The notes under the pieces: model-generated
The model's input: the letters and a program-made list of their open reading frames with translations, nothing else
What the model was told of the DNA's origin: nothing
Database searches by the model: none
Source of the DNA: Isurus oxyrinchus
Taxonomy: Eukaryota
DNA length: 64,000 nucleotides
Direction of reading: 5' to 3'
Assembly (NCBI GenBank): GCA_026770705.1
Contig: JANJGN010000008.1
Location: forward strand, 13,640,001-13,704,000
Shown here: positions 1 to 12,422 of the stretch, in pieces
Layout of the letters: the number at the start of each line of letters is the position of its first letter
Position numbering within the stretch: position 1 is the first letter of the stretch
Translations under genes and position numbers: made by a program

Positions 1-218
1 TAGGAGAGCGTTACCGATCCAGTACATCATTGTGGGAGACACATTCTTTCATGGATTAGGACGAGTGGCATAAACAAGGAAAAAGGAAATCCAGTAGAAA
101 CCAGGAAAAAAATCTAATCCCTGGTAAAGCGGCAGTGATACAGGGCTGATACACTATGCTACTGGCAATTTACCAACCACAGCAGCAGCTACCAATTCAG
201 ATTCACTCCAGTGGAACA

Positions 219-1008
219 GATGCTTGGTCACCCAGTCTGCGTTTGGTCTCTCCAATGTAGACGAGAGCAATGTAGAGGAAACGCAGACTGATGACCGCTT
301 TGTAGAACACCTTCGGTCTGTCCGCAAGCATGACCCAGACCTCCCTGTTGCTTGCCATTTCAGCACACCACCCTGCTCTCATGCCCACATGTCCGTCCTT
401 GGCTTGCTGCATTGTTCCAGTGAAGCTCAACGCAAACTGGAGGAACAGCACCTCATCTTCTGACTAGGCACTTTACAGCCTTCCGGACTGAACATTGAGT
501 TCAACAACTTCAGGTCACGAACTCTCTCCTCCATCCCCACCCCCTTTCTGATCCCCCCTTTTCCAATAATTTATATTTCTAAAATATATTTTTCTTTTCC
601 CGCCTATTTTTAAATTTATTTTGATCTATCGTTTTATCTCTGCCTTTTAGCCCATTTCAATCCCTCCCCCCCACCCCAGCCCCACTAGGGCCATCTGCCA
701 CTTGTTTGTCCTGCTTTCTACCCTTAATGTCACCATTATCACATTCCTTAGATAATATCACCACCGTCAACACCCCTTTGTCCTTCTGGCAATCTCTTCT
801 TTGCCTCCACCTATCACTGGCCCTCTATTCAGCTCTACCTGTCCCACCCCCCTCAACCAGCTTATATTTCACCACATTTCTATATTTCTTTAGTTCTGAT
901 GAAGTCAGATGGACTCAAAACATTAACTGTATTCCTCTCTGCTGAGTTTTTCCAGCTATTTTTGTTTTTTTGTTTCAGATTTCCAGCATCCGCAGTATTT
1001 TGCTTTTA
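219..1008 (+). mobile_element. Penelope-like retroelement 3' fragment (GIY-YIG C-terminus plus 3' end), with a short inverted piece at its 5' junction
   Basis: ORF 224-463 contains DRFVEHLRSVRKHDPDLPVACHF...RKLEEQHLIF, matching the copies at ~28970 and ~43520; 222-262 is the reverse complement of the YIGET-coding segment. Confidence 0.8.
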
Positions 1009-1010
1009 TC

Positions 1011-2235
1011 ATGGATGAAAGGACAGATGGGATGGATGCTAAGTTTGCTGATGACACAAAGATAGATGGGAAAGTAAATTATGAAGAGGACATAAAGATG
1101 CTACAAAGGGACTTAGAGAGGTTAAGAGAGGGGGCAAAGATCTGGAAAATGGAGTATAATGTGGACATATGTGAAATTGGCCATTTAGGCAGGAATATTA
1201 AAAAAGAAGCATATTATCTAAACGGTGAGAGATTGCAGAGAGAGACATCTGAGTGTCCTAGTGCATGAATCACAAAAGGCTGGAATGCAGGTACAGCACG
1301 TAATTAGGAAAACTAATAGAATGTTATCGTTTATTGTGAGAAGAATTGATTACAAAAGTAGGGAGGTTATGCTTCAGTTGTACAGGGCACTGGTGAGACC
1401 ACATCTGGAGTATTGTGTAAAGTATTGGTCTCCTTATTTAAATAAAGATGTAAATGTGTTAGAAGCAACATAGTGGTTTATTAGGTTAATATCAGGAACA
1501 GGCAGGTTGTCTTATGAGGAAATGTTAGACAGGTTAAGCTTGTATCTACTGGATTTTACATATGAACTAGGAGCAGGAGTAGGCCACCCAGTCCTTCTAG
1601 CCTGGTCTGCTATTCAATAAGATCATGACTGATCTGATTGTAACCTCCTGCTCCCAATAACCTTTCACAACCTTGTTTATTAAGAATCTATCTAGCTCTG
1701 CCTTATAAATGTCCAAAGACTCTGCTTCCACTGCCTTGTGAGGAGTAAGAGGTGACTAAATTAAAACATTTAAGGTCCTGAGGGGTCTTGACAGAGTGGA
1801 TGTGCTAAGGATAAATGCAAAATACTGTGGATGCTGGGAACCTGAAAGAAAAACAGAAAATGCTGGATGTGGGGAGGATGTTTCCTCTTGTGGGAGAATC
1901 TAGAACTGGGAAGCGGTGGGGGGGAGGGTGCGGGTGCAGGGGTGGTGGTTACTGTTTAAAAGTAAGGGGTCACTCATTTGAGAGAGATGAGGAGAAAGTT
2001 TTTCTCTCAGAGGATCATGAGTCTTTGGAACTCTTCTTCAAAAGGCAATGGGAGCAGGGTCTTTGAATATTTTTATGGAAGAGCTAGATAGATTCTTGAT
2101 TAATAATGGGGTGAAAGGTTATCGAGGGTAGGTAGGAAAGTGGGATTGAGGTCACAAACAGATCAGCCATGATCTTATCGAAGGGCAGAGCAGGCTTGAG
2201 GGGCCGAGTGGCCTACTCCTCCTCCTAATTCATGT
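1011..2235 (+). mobile_element. Degenerate CR1-clade LINE 3' half, with nested fragments
   Basis: KFADDTKI RT motif; LYRALVRPHLEYC motif; typical 3' tail; frameshifts. Confidence 0.8.
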
Positions 2236-2744
2236 GTACCTTCCCAAAAGGACATTAGTGAGCCAGATGGGTTTTTACAACAATCGATGATAGTTTCATG
2301 GTCACCATTACTCAGGCTAGCTTTCAGTTCCAGATTTTATTAATTGAATTTAAATTCCACCGCCTGTCACGTGGGAGCTACCTTCTTGAACTGCTGCAGT
2401 CCGTGTGGTGCAGGTACATCCACAGTGCTGTCCCACCCCCGCTGCACCGACTTCACCCAGAATTGAAGCCAGAGGAACACAGGCAATGGCAAAGAGGGCC
2501 CTTAGCAAAAGGCAGAAGTTAAACAATTGGAGTAGACTCAGACCAACAGCAAAGGGGCATTATGGCCCAAGAGCCACTGAATCCTTCACAATATAGTTGT
2601 GCTGCTAATATCAAAATAATAATACATATTATATTATAACCAAATTGCTTAGCCTTCACAATGCTGCAATAAAAACTCCGAATGCCGAAGGGAAGAGGAA
2701 CAACAACAACAAAAAAACTCCCAACTGTTGTCCCAAACTGGTTT

Positions 2745-3030
2745 GGTGCACATGCGCAGTTCAGGTCCCGGCATTACCTCCCGCGCATGCGTACAACGGA
2801 TGAAAACATGCTGATGACGTCAGGCGCCCAGTCGCGCACGCGCGCAGAATGAAAATGTAAAATCCGTTCAACTTACTCTTTTATTAAATATACGAACCCC
2901 GTTTCGTCACATATTTCAAGGTGAGTTTAAATCCTCAGATTTTTTATCGTCTAAAGAAATCAATGTAGCGTGAGGGGGGGGCGGGATATGTCTGCGCATG
3001 TGTAGGCGCTGTAACCCCTGACCCCACCCT
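2745..3030 (+). promoter_or_regulatory. RPS14 CpG-rich promoter
   Basis: NRF1-like GCGCATGCG at 2783-2791, full CRE TGACGTCA at 2815-2822, GC box ~2974-2985, locally high CpG, directly upstream of a pyrimidine initiator. Confidence 0.7.
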
Positions 3031-3062
3031 CTTTCCGGCTCTGGCTCTGCTGCGAGCGGCGG
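3027..3062 (+). other. RPS14: RPS14 non-coding exon 1 with 5'TOP tract
   Basis: CCCTCTTTCC pyrimidine tract typical of ribosomal protein mRNAs, then donor GG|GTAAGA at 3063; exact TSS uncertain by a few nt. Confidence 0.8.
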
Positions 3063-3474
3063 GTAAGATGTGAGCGGCGGCAACAATCCGATTCCATCCG
3101 TCCGGTAAAACACCCCATCCGTGGCTATCATCCGCCCCTACCCCGCCGGGGGACAGACAGTAGCCCGCCGGTAGCAGGCGGAGTGGCGGCTTTTTCTTTT
3201 TGAGGCGATGATTTTTGTCGGTGTGATTTCTCGTGCGGGAAGCGCTAGGCCTCAGGCGGCCATCCCGAGTAAGGAGGGAGGAGGGAGGGTTTGGGACTGA
3301 AATAAGGGGGCAAGGGAGTCCCGCTGCACTAAGCGAAATCCCCAGGCTGGAGCAGGGCCGGCTGTGGGTACTTCGCTCCGCAGGATGGGCTCTCCGGGCG
3401 GACTTGCGTTTGTAAAGCGCCTTTCACATCCTGGAGCGTTGCAGATTGTCTAAAAGGAGGGAGGATAAGATAGA

Positions 3475-3780
3475 GGCAACATACTGCGGGTGCTGGAAAT
3501 CCGGAAAACAAACTGCTGGGAAAACTCAAGCAGGTCTGACTCAACATCTGTGGGGATAAAGACAGGGTTAACGTTTCGAGTCCTTATGACTCTTCATCAG
3601 AACTAAAGAGAAATAGAAATGAGATGAGATATAAGCTGTTTAAGGTGGGGGTGGTGGTGGTGGGGTGGTGGGGGGTGCGGTGGGACAGGTGGAGCTGGAT
3701 AGAAGGGCCAGTGGTAGGTGGAGGCAAAGGAGAGATTGCCAAAGATGTCACAGACAGAAGGTCTGAAGGGGTGTTGATAC
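3475..3780 (-). mobile_element. Penelope-like element 3' end in RPS14 intron 1
   Basis: Reverse complement similar to 790-1000 and 29600-29820; carries the hammerhead motif at 3567-3604. Confidence 0.7.
3567..3604 (-). ncRNA. Minimal type I hammerhead ribozyme (Penelope-associated)
   Basis: Minus strand AGTT-CTGATGA-A-GAGTC-ataag-GACTC-GAAAC-GTT-AAC: intact core, 5-bp stem II, palindromic ACGT helix III. Confidence 0.65.
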
Positions 3781-4394
3781 TGCAAAAGATGTGGATGAAT
3801 TTTGTTGTGATCTGGCATGCGGTGCCTGAAAGGGCGGTGAAAGCTCGATTCAATAGGAGGAACTTTCTAGAGAGAACCGGATAATTTTTTTAAAAAAAGG
3901 GGGGGGAAATTTGGAGTGCTGTAAGGGGAAGAGCAGGCGGGGAGTGGGACTAATTCAAAGAGTTAGCACGGGCTAACAGCAGGCCGAATGGTTGTCTCCT
4001 GTGCTGTAAGGGTTTACGTTCTGTTAAAGTGTACTCACATTGCAAGGTGGAAATTGCAGCAACTGATCTGTTGCACAGCAATTTCCCACAACAGCACTGT
4101 GATAGATGTCCAGCGAATGTCTTTTTGTGATGTTGGTTGAAAGATACTGGTCCAGGACACTGTGGGGTGGGGGGGGCAGTCCTATAATCTTAACTGGAGG
4201 GAGGGAGCCATTTTACCTATTCTCCCTGTGCATTTGCTCTGCGTTCCTCCAATTGTGGCCTTTTTCTGAATGGTTTAACTGTCCCAGACTCATCATTCAC
4301 ACTGTAACCCGCGGGCAGTGTGCAGGACTCAACGTGGGAAGTGATGAAATGTGTACAAATTCTAAGCAGGTAGTTAAAGTGCCCCCCCGGGTAA

Positions 4395-4529
4395 GGTGCA
4401 GGAATCAGTTACGTCGAGGCTGCTTGGTGCTGTCGATGTCGTTCCCCCTGCAGAAAGGAATACGTTTCATACTATCCTTGTCAGTCCAGCATTCCCCCGG
4501 CTGGCAGGGACGCTTGGTCACGTACAAAC
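4395..4529 (+). ncRNA. SNORA63: H/ACA snoRNA, E3/SNORA63-like, copy 1 (RPS14 intron 1)
   Basis: Hairpin-H box (AAAGGA)-hairpin-ACA (4524-4526); shares GCAGG...GTCGTTCCCCCTGC and CAGGGACGCTTGGTC with human E3 as recalled. Confidence 0.85.
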
Positions 4530-5226
4530 CTAGCAATTGTTTATGTGGAAAGTCTTTAATTTGGCATGGGGAGCTGTCCCCCTCTCACACTGCTGCTGTC
4601 ACCAGCCAGAAACTGGGCTGGTAAGTAGGTGGCGCTTGCATGGTGAACTGGTTCGTTCTTTACTTTTAGGAATCAGTTGCATCTAAGTTCGTAGCACTCT
4701 TGCCTCTTTAGCCGAACAGTTGTTGGTTCCAGTCCCACTCCAGAGACTTGAGCACGAAACCTAGGCTGACACTCCCAGGGCAGTACTGAGGCAGCCCCTC
4801 AGGATCGAGGATGACTTGCTTCCACTCTGGTTCACCGGGTTCTGAGATGGCTGATAAGTTCAATGTATAACCTTCAGACTGCCCCATGTGGGACAGGTGG
4901 TGCTTGAAGGGTTTTGTAGAGGGGTTGTTTGGAAGTTTATGGCTCCCTCTGACTTTGCCTCTGCACGTTCCTGACAAAGTCTCTCTCGATATGTTTGGTG
5001 TCTTCGGGAAAGAGCCTTCTCCATTTTGGTCGGTCAAAACGTTTCCGCGGTCCTCCTGGGAGCCTCTTCCCTAAAGCAGCTGATCTTAATCACAAAGCTC
5101 CTTGAGGAAGGCTGCTGTAGGCAAATTGACTGCCACGTTTCTTCCGTTGGGGGGGGTCAAAAATTGCGCTATGGAAATGCAAACTCTATTTTTGTGTATC
5201 CTGTTATGTGGCTCATGTTGCATTGA

Positions 5227-5394
<168 letters not shown>

Positions 5395-6595
5395 TAAGTA
5401 AGAGCTTCAACAAAATGACTTGGCGAGTGCCATGGTATACACAACAGGTGACGCAGCATCTTAATGGAACAATAAATTTGTAGGGGAGTGGCACTAAGTG
5501 AGTTGGGGCAGACACAGGCTGCTTAGCCAGCCTCCTGTGCTCTAACAATTCTGTGAAATTCTGCGTTGTAGTTGGTGGTCTGCTTGGCTTGAAATATTCC
5601 ACATTCATCCTCTGTCAATGACACTGAGGCTGTTCAATGTCCACACGACCCCACTCCAGAGACTTGAGCACAAAATCCTGGCTGACGCACCCAGTGCAGT
5701 ACTGAGGGAGTGCTATGCTGTTGGAGGTGCCGTCTTCCAGCTGTGACATGTGGTGCATGTGTAGAATCTACAGAGCAAATAAAACCATTCAGAGCAATTG
5801 GCTTATGTTCCCCATGAGCTTCTCCACATCTCGCCATATCGGGATATCTTTTATCCTTCGTGCCTCATGCTTAATCTCACTTTCTCTTAAGTGCTTCTGT
5901 GCTGTTGACTTCAACCATTAACTGTGTAGTGAGTTCCACGTTCTGACCCTTCTCTTGAGTAAAGAAATTTCTCTGGAATTCCTTATTGGATTTATCAGTG
6001 ACTGTCTTATAGTTAATGACCCCTGCCTCTGTTCTTCACTAGTGAAAACTGTCGAACCCCTTCTTAATTTTAAAGCCCTGGATCATGTGACCTCAGCCTT
6101 TACTGTGTACACATAGTGAAGGAGTGGACCAGTCTTCCAGATTGAGTTAGTGGATAAGGGCGTTAATATATATCAATCTTAAAGGGTTTTAATTGTGTAA
6201 AGGAGGAGAAACTGTTTCCAGTGGCTGGCTGGTAAATAACCAGAGGGAATAGATTAAAAATAGTTGTCAAACGAGCCACATGGGGAGATGAGACTTTTTC
6301 CCTCCACACGGCAAGTTGTTATGACCTGTAATGTGCTGTCTGGAAAGGTGATGGAAGCAGATTTAAGAGTGACTTTCAAAAGGGAATTGGATGGCTATTT
6401 GGAAAGGAAAAGTTTGTGGGGAGGTTGGACTGATGGCTAGCTGAGAACAGAAGCAATGGGCTAAATGGCCTCTTGTGCTGCAGAATTCAGTAATTTTCCA
6501 AAAGTTGTCAGATTTCAGCCTTGGGCTGTGCAGGGTTAGCTGACCTCAGGCAGTGAGTCCCTGCAGTGAGTGAGTTTGAGTAAGGGAATGTCAAA

Positions 6596-6747
6596 GTCAC
6601 TGGGGGGATGAAGGTGAAGGCTGACAGAGATGAGTCCTCCCCGTATGCTGCCATGTTGGCTGCTCAGGATGTGTCTCAGAGGTGCAAGGAGCTGGGCATC
6701 ACCGCACTACACATCAAACTGTGTGCCACTGGAGGCAACAGGTCAGA
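6596..6747 (+). pseudogene. Partial duplicate of RPS14 exon 3 (pseudo-exon) in intron 2
   Basis: 151/152 nt identical to 7732-7883; keeps donor GTCAGA; lacks the first 16 exon nt and the polypyrimidine acceptor. Confidence 0.9.
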
Positions 6748-7001
6748 ATCCGGCTCAGCTGTGACCTTCTCCATTTGAGTTGCCCCCCCCCAACCACAGT
6801 GCCCACCAGGACGAGGTATTCAGTAGTGGGTTGGTGTCGTTAAAGTGTCCCCCAGCCTCACACCTGCTGAGCGATACACCTCGGACACTAAACATCTGCA
6901 ACTTTTTTCCCCAGTGGAAGCGTGTGGTATTAATGCAGAGATTGACCTGGTTAACTCCCTAGTGTGAGCAATAGCCCTATAGATTAGAGAAAGCCCCACA
7001 G

Positions 7002-7135
7002 ATTGCAGGATAAGTTACATCGAGGCTGCTCAGTGCTGTCGATGTCGTTCCCCCTGCAGAAAGGAACACGTTTCATACTATCCTTGTCAGTCCAGCATTC
7101 CCCCGGCTGGCAGGGACGCTTGGTCACGTACAAAC
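7002..7135 (+). ncRNA. SNORA63: H/ACA snoRNA, E3/SNORA63-like, copy 2 (intron 2)
   Basis: Near-identical to copies 1 and 3; ACA at 7130-7132. Confidence 0.85.
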
Positions 7136-7698
7136 CATCCAGGCTCTTAACCTTGGGGGCCTAGAGTCCAGTCACTGTCCAGTGCACTGCTGAAACTCAT
7201 TTTCACTGTTGACTAATCCTCACCTTGGGGAACACATTGGGCCTGCATATCCATGAGGTGGGAGTGAGCCACGGTTGCCACTGTGATCCTTGGTGTGTTT
7301 GGATTGTAGGTGAGGGCTGGAGTCAGATGTGAGGGTCTTGGCAATAAGATAGCTTGTTGGAACTCTCTAGACCTGGGGCCCTTCAATTAGACTCTGGTGC
7401 ATTGGCTGGTATCTTACCCCTGTGCTTAATCACCTCCCAGTGACTGAAAAATGAATCCTGGTGAAGATGACACTGATCTGCAGCTCATTGGATATTCACC
7501 ATAGCTCACAGGCAAAGAAAGACTGCTGAATAAATTCACCGTTCCTGATTCCTCTCGAAAACTGGGTTAAACTCTAGTAACAGAGGGCGATTCCTGCAAA
7601 TGGCCCAGCCGAAGGCCCACTCTTTGAAGCGGTTGATTTTTTTTGTCTCTCTGTTGTGCTTGAACTGGTTGAATATCCCTCCTCTGTTCGTGACCTAG

Positions 7699-7896
<198 letters not shown>

Positions 7897-8255
7897 TGAA
7901 GGGTGGGGAGACGGTGACTGTGGGGTATATAATAAGTTGTGGGTGTTGCTGATATATAGATACTGCTTTCAGTCTTGGGACAGGGTGTAATCTCTAAATA
8001 AAATGCTTTATTAAACCTGACTTGCAATGAAAAGCAGCTACTTTGAGGAGCAGTAGGTTGAACGTGCATGTATTCTTTGAACTCTGAAACAAGGCAACAG
8101 AAATGAGAGGGACCATCAGCTTTAATTTTCTGTCATGTGGTGACAGCAGATGTGACCTAATTGCATTTCCAAGCGGTATTGTAAGGTGTAATGGGTTTAA
8201 CGCTGACCTCGTAAATGATCAGTACCCCGAAGATCACAGGAAGAGCTCTGGGTTA

Positions 8256-8389
8256 AGTGCAGGATAAGTTACGTCGTGGCTGCTCGGTGCTGTCGATGTC
8301 GTTCCCCCTGCAGAAAGGAACACGTTTCATACTATCCTTGTCAGTCCAGCATTCCCCCGGCTGGCAGGGACGCTTGGTCACGTACAAAC
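8256..8389 (+). ncRNA. SNORA63: H/ACA snoRNA, E3/SNORA63-like, copy 3 (intron 3)
   Basis: H box AAAGGA 8314-8319, ACA 8384-8386; both pockets 14 nt from their box. Confidence 0.85.
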
Positions 8390-10632
8390 CGTTTAAAGCT
8401 GCATCGTCGGAGGTGCGGACCTACAGGCGAGATTATAAACCGAGGCTCCTGGCTGCCTCCATGTAGATGTAAAAGATGTCATGCTCCTATTTTGAAGAGC
8501 AGGGGAGTTCTCCCCCATGTCATAGCCAATGATTGTCCCTCCAAATAACATCACAAATATGGCAGGTGGGGCCTTGGTTTAATCTCTCATCCAAAAGACA
8601 GCATCTCCAGCAGTGCAGCAACCCCTCGGTACGACACAGGATTGCCAGCATAGGTTGTGTTCAAGTCTCTGGATTGGGGTTTGAACCCACAATTTACTGA
8701 CTCAGGTGAGGGAGGAAGTGCTACCCACTGAGCTGGGACTATGATAAATGATCGGAGCAGGAGTTGGAACAAGAGCTTTGTGATGGTTTTACTGGGACTG
8801 GTCAGTTTTGTTTCTGTATGATTGCACTTCCTTTCTCAAAGCTATCACGTTACATGATCAACTCCTGTTGCATTTGTGTATAGCGCGAGCTCTGCTGTGG
8901 ATCTTGGATAGTTTTTGGAGCTTCAAGAGGGGTCAGGACGGAGTAGATAAGGAGAAACTTCCCACCTGCGTGAGGATCGAGAACGTGGGGCCATAGGTTA
9001 AAAGTAATTGGCAGAAGCAGCAAAAGTGACATGAGGCACGATGGGGTCTGGAATGCCCTGCCTGAGTGTGGTGGAGGCAGGTTCAATCGAGGCGATCAAA
9101 AGGGACTTTGAGTCTTGTTTGAAAAGAAATAATGTGTAAGGTCATCGGGAAAAGGTGAGAGGATCGTACTAGGTAAATTGCTTATTTGGAGAGTCAGTGC
9201 AGACATGATGGGCCAAATGGCCTCCTGTGCTGTAACAATTCTTATGATTCACTGAGCTAATGTGAGAGGCCAGCTTTCTTAAGTAGAAACAGTTAAAACA
9301 GAATTGCGGCAATTTTTGAAGTGAGATTCTTTTTTGGTTGCTGCTAAACAAAATGGTGCCAGCTGTGACTTGGGTTGCACTCCTATCTCTGCAGACATGG
9401 TTTAAAGTAAAGTAAAGACAGAAAATGCTGGAAGTATTCAGCAGGTCTAGCAGCATCTGTTGAGAAAATGACCTTTCATCAGAGCTAATGAAAACGGCCA
9501 TTGACCTAAAACGCTAACTCGTTCTCTTTCCACACCTGGCTGCTGCCTATTCCCAGCATTTTTGGTATTTATTTCAGATTTGCAGCAGCTGCGGTATTTT
9601 GCTCATGGGCAGAGCCGGATAGATTCTTGATTAACACGGGGGGGGTGGGGTGAAAGGTTATCGGGGTGGGCTGGAATGTGGGGCTGAGATTACATTCAGA
9701 TAAGCCATGATCTTATTGAATGGCAGAGCAGGCTCGAGGGGCCAAGTGGCCTAAGCCTAGTTCATATGTTCCAGAGACTGGGACCAGCATCCAGACTGAC
9801 AATCCCAGCGCAGTTATCGATCAAGTCAACAATGACAACACTTTAAAAGCACTTTTGATTGGCTGTGAAACTCTTTGGGACATCTGGAAGTCTTCCTATA
9901 AATGCAATTTCTTTTTAATCATAAATACGTTTAAAAAAAGGTCTCTGGATATCAGGTAATGGCGCACACAACTTGAGAAATAGAAGCAAGAGTAGGCCAC
10001 AAGGGCACATGAGAACCTGACCTGATGGCTGATCTCACCTTGGCCCCAGCTCTCTTTCCTGCTGTTGCCCATCACCCTTGACCCCCTTATAATTCAAACA
10101 TCTGTTTCGCCTTAGAATATATCCGATGACTCAGCCTCCACTGGTCTCTGAAGTAGCGAATTCCAGGGATTCACTATCCTCTGAGCGAAGAAATTCCTCT
10201 TCATCTCCATCTTCAATGGAAGACCCCCCCCCCCCCCACCTTTCTGAAACTATTCCCCTTCTAGATCCCTGCATCAGCATCTATCCTGTCAGGCCCTCGA
10301 TCTTGTATGTTGCCACCTCTCAAATGTTCAAAATTGCAATGAGTATAGACCCAACCTGCTCAACCTTTCCACCTAAGACAGCCCCTTCAGCCTAGGAATT
10401 AACCTAGTGAACCTTCTCCAAACCGCCTCCACTATAAGCCCACTCCTTAAAAAAGGAGACAAAACTGCACACAGTACCCCACGTGTGGACGTGTTCTGGT
10501 TTAGGACTTGGCCATCTCTGAGATTTTGGTGTTGGAGTTGTAGTTTGGGCTTTGCTGCTCTGTATGACTCATCAGTGAGTGAGATGTGGTGCCTTGTGAC
10601 TAACATGGAGCTTCTTAAAATCTTGTTTGCAG

Positions 10633-10709
10633 GACCAAAACCCCTGGACCTGGTGCCCAGTCAGCCCTGAGAGCCCTGGCTCGATCTGGGATGAAAATTG
10701 GCCGGATCG
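10633..10709 (+). CDS. RPS14: RPS14 coding exon 4
   Basis: [25 protein letters not shown]; gcAG acceptor, GTAAGA donor; 77 nt. Confidence 0.98.
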
Positions 10710-10781
10710 GTAAGACATTCCCCTGCCCCTGAATGTTTACTGGTAGAACGTAATGCCTGTGATATGCTTAAAGACGGGTTA

Positions 10782-10912
10782 AGTGCAGGATAAGTTACGT
10801 CATGGCTGCTCAGTGCTGTCGGTGTCGTTCCCCCTGCAGAAAGGAACACGTTTCATACTATCCTTGACAGTCTAACACCCGGCTGGCAAGGACGCTTGGG
10901 TCACGTACAAAC
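10782..10912 (+). ncRNA. SNORA63: H/ACA snoRNA, E3/SNORA63-like, copy 4 (intron 4, most diverged)
   Basis: Same architecture, shorter 3' apical loop, ACA 10907-10909; guide segments CGTTCCC and ACGCTTGG retained. Confidence 0.8.
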
Positions 10913-11755
10913 CGTTATCAGCTTGTGTGTAAAATGTGCCGACCACGGGAGTGGGGTTGCTCTTTTATTGCTTTGTTCCAGATGTGATGAGTGCGGTGCT
11001 TCGGGGAGATGATGTAAGCTGTTCTTGGCAGTTTTGCGTCACCAGGCTGACACCTAGTCAGCAACTTGCCAAGATTGCTTCAAGAGTACCTCTCCCTGCA
11101 GGAAAAGGACGAGGGCAGCAATGCTGGGGAAAACCATCGCCTCCAAGTCACCCGTGATCATAGCCGAAGGCTGCCATTTATTACCCCAACTGTAGTTACT
11201 CTGCAAAGGTGATGAATGGGTCACCTGTTTATTAGGACTTGAATAGTTTTCACTTCAGAGGGCAGTACAGAGCCAAACCAGGCTGGTATGAAACTGAGGC
11301 TAAACGTAGGGCCTGACAGGACAAGGACAGCAATAGTCATTTGACAGGGCTTCACTCTGGATGTGCTGACCCCCTATAAGGAAATATTAGTAGATTTAAA
11401 TGACTGAGTTAAATGAAGGAGTTGGGGAGTTCAGTTCCTAGATTGCAGGCTGAGACGCCTGGACCAATGAACCAGAGGCATGAGTTTAAATCCCAGCACT
11501 GAGGAATTTAAATTCAGTTAATAAAAATAATTTGGAATTAAGCCAATGTCAGTTTTGGTGACGACCGAATTGAAATCCGAATTGCTTGTCCATTACTATA
11601 ACCACCAGGCTAGTGTACTCCTGAAATACTTGAGGATAAAGGTATGTGGAAATAATGCACGGATTTGTGTTGGGGGAGGTTGGGGGGTCAAATGATGGGA
11701 TAGATGGGCTGAATGGCTTGTCAATGATGGTGTCCCCCAAAGATTTAGAATGTAG

Positions 11756-11905
<150 letters not shown>

Positions 11906-11932
11906 CTGTTTTCTGTATATGCCAGTATAACT

Positions 11933-11938
11933 AATAAA
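11933..11938 (+). terminator. RPS14 polyadenylation signal AATAAA
   Basis: 27 nt after the stop codon, followed by a T/GT-rich region. Confidence 0.85.
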
Positions 11939-12422
11939 AGAGTTCTGCTGATCACTGGCATCTGTTCTCACTTCCCTTGGCTGACAAACTTCTGTCTTTT
12001 CGGTGCACCCTGTTTAGCACTTGGAAATCAAATAGTTTCGGATTTGGGGGTTGATTTGAGCCTCCCCAGAAATTGAAATAGCGCTGCACGGTAAGAAGTT
12101 AAAAACAAACGTTCCTCATATGTTAAGCCTTTCATTCCTGGAATCATTCTCGTGAACCTCCTCTGGACCCTCTCCAGGGCCAGCACATCCTTCCTGAGAT
12201 ACGGGGCCCAAAGTTGCTCACAATATTCTAAATGTGGTCTGACCAGAGCCTTATAAAGCCCTGTTGTAACCAAAAGATCTTACAACCACTATTTTGAATA
12301 AGAGAAGTTGAGTTTTTTCCCCTGTCCATCAGTCTATTTGTCCCTCAACCAGAACCTGGTCATTATCACATTGGTGTCTAGGATTTTACTATATAAACTA
12401 AGCTGTAGTATTTCCTACATAA

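Noticed and set aside
1-218. Possible exon or retroelement coding fragment at the window start
   Set aside because: Stops in the frames examined and no recognisable motif; cannot be assigned
4106-4624. ORFs at 4106 and 8257 sharing the peptide MSFPLQKG.RFILSLSVQHSPGWQGRLVTYKP
   Set aside because: The shared peptide is just the translated snoRNA; variation follows RNA structure and copy 4 has indels
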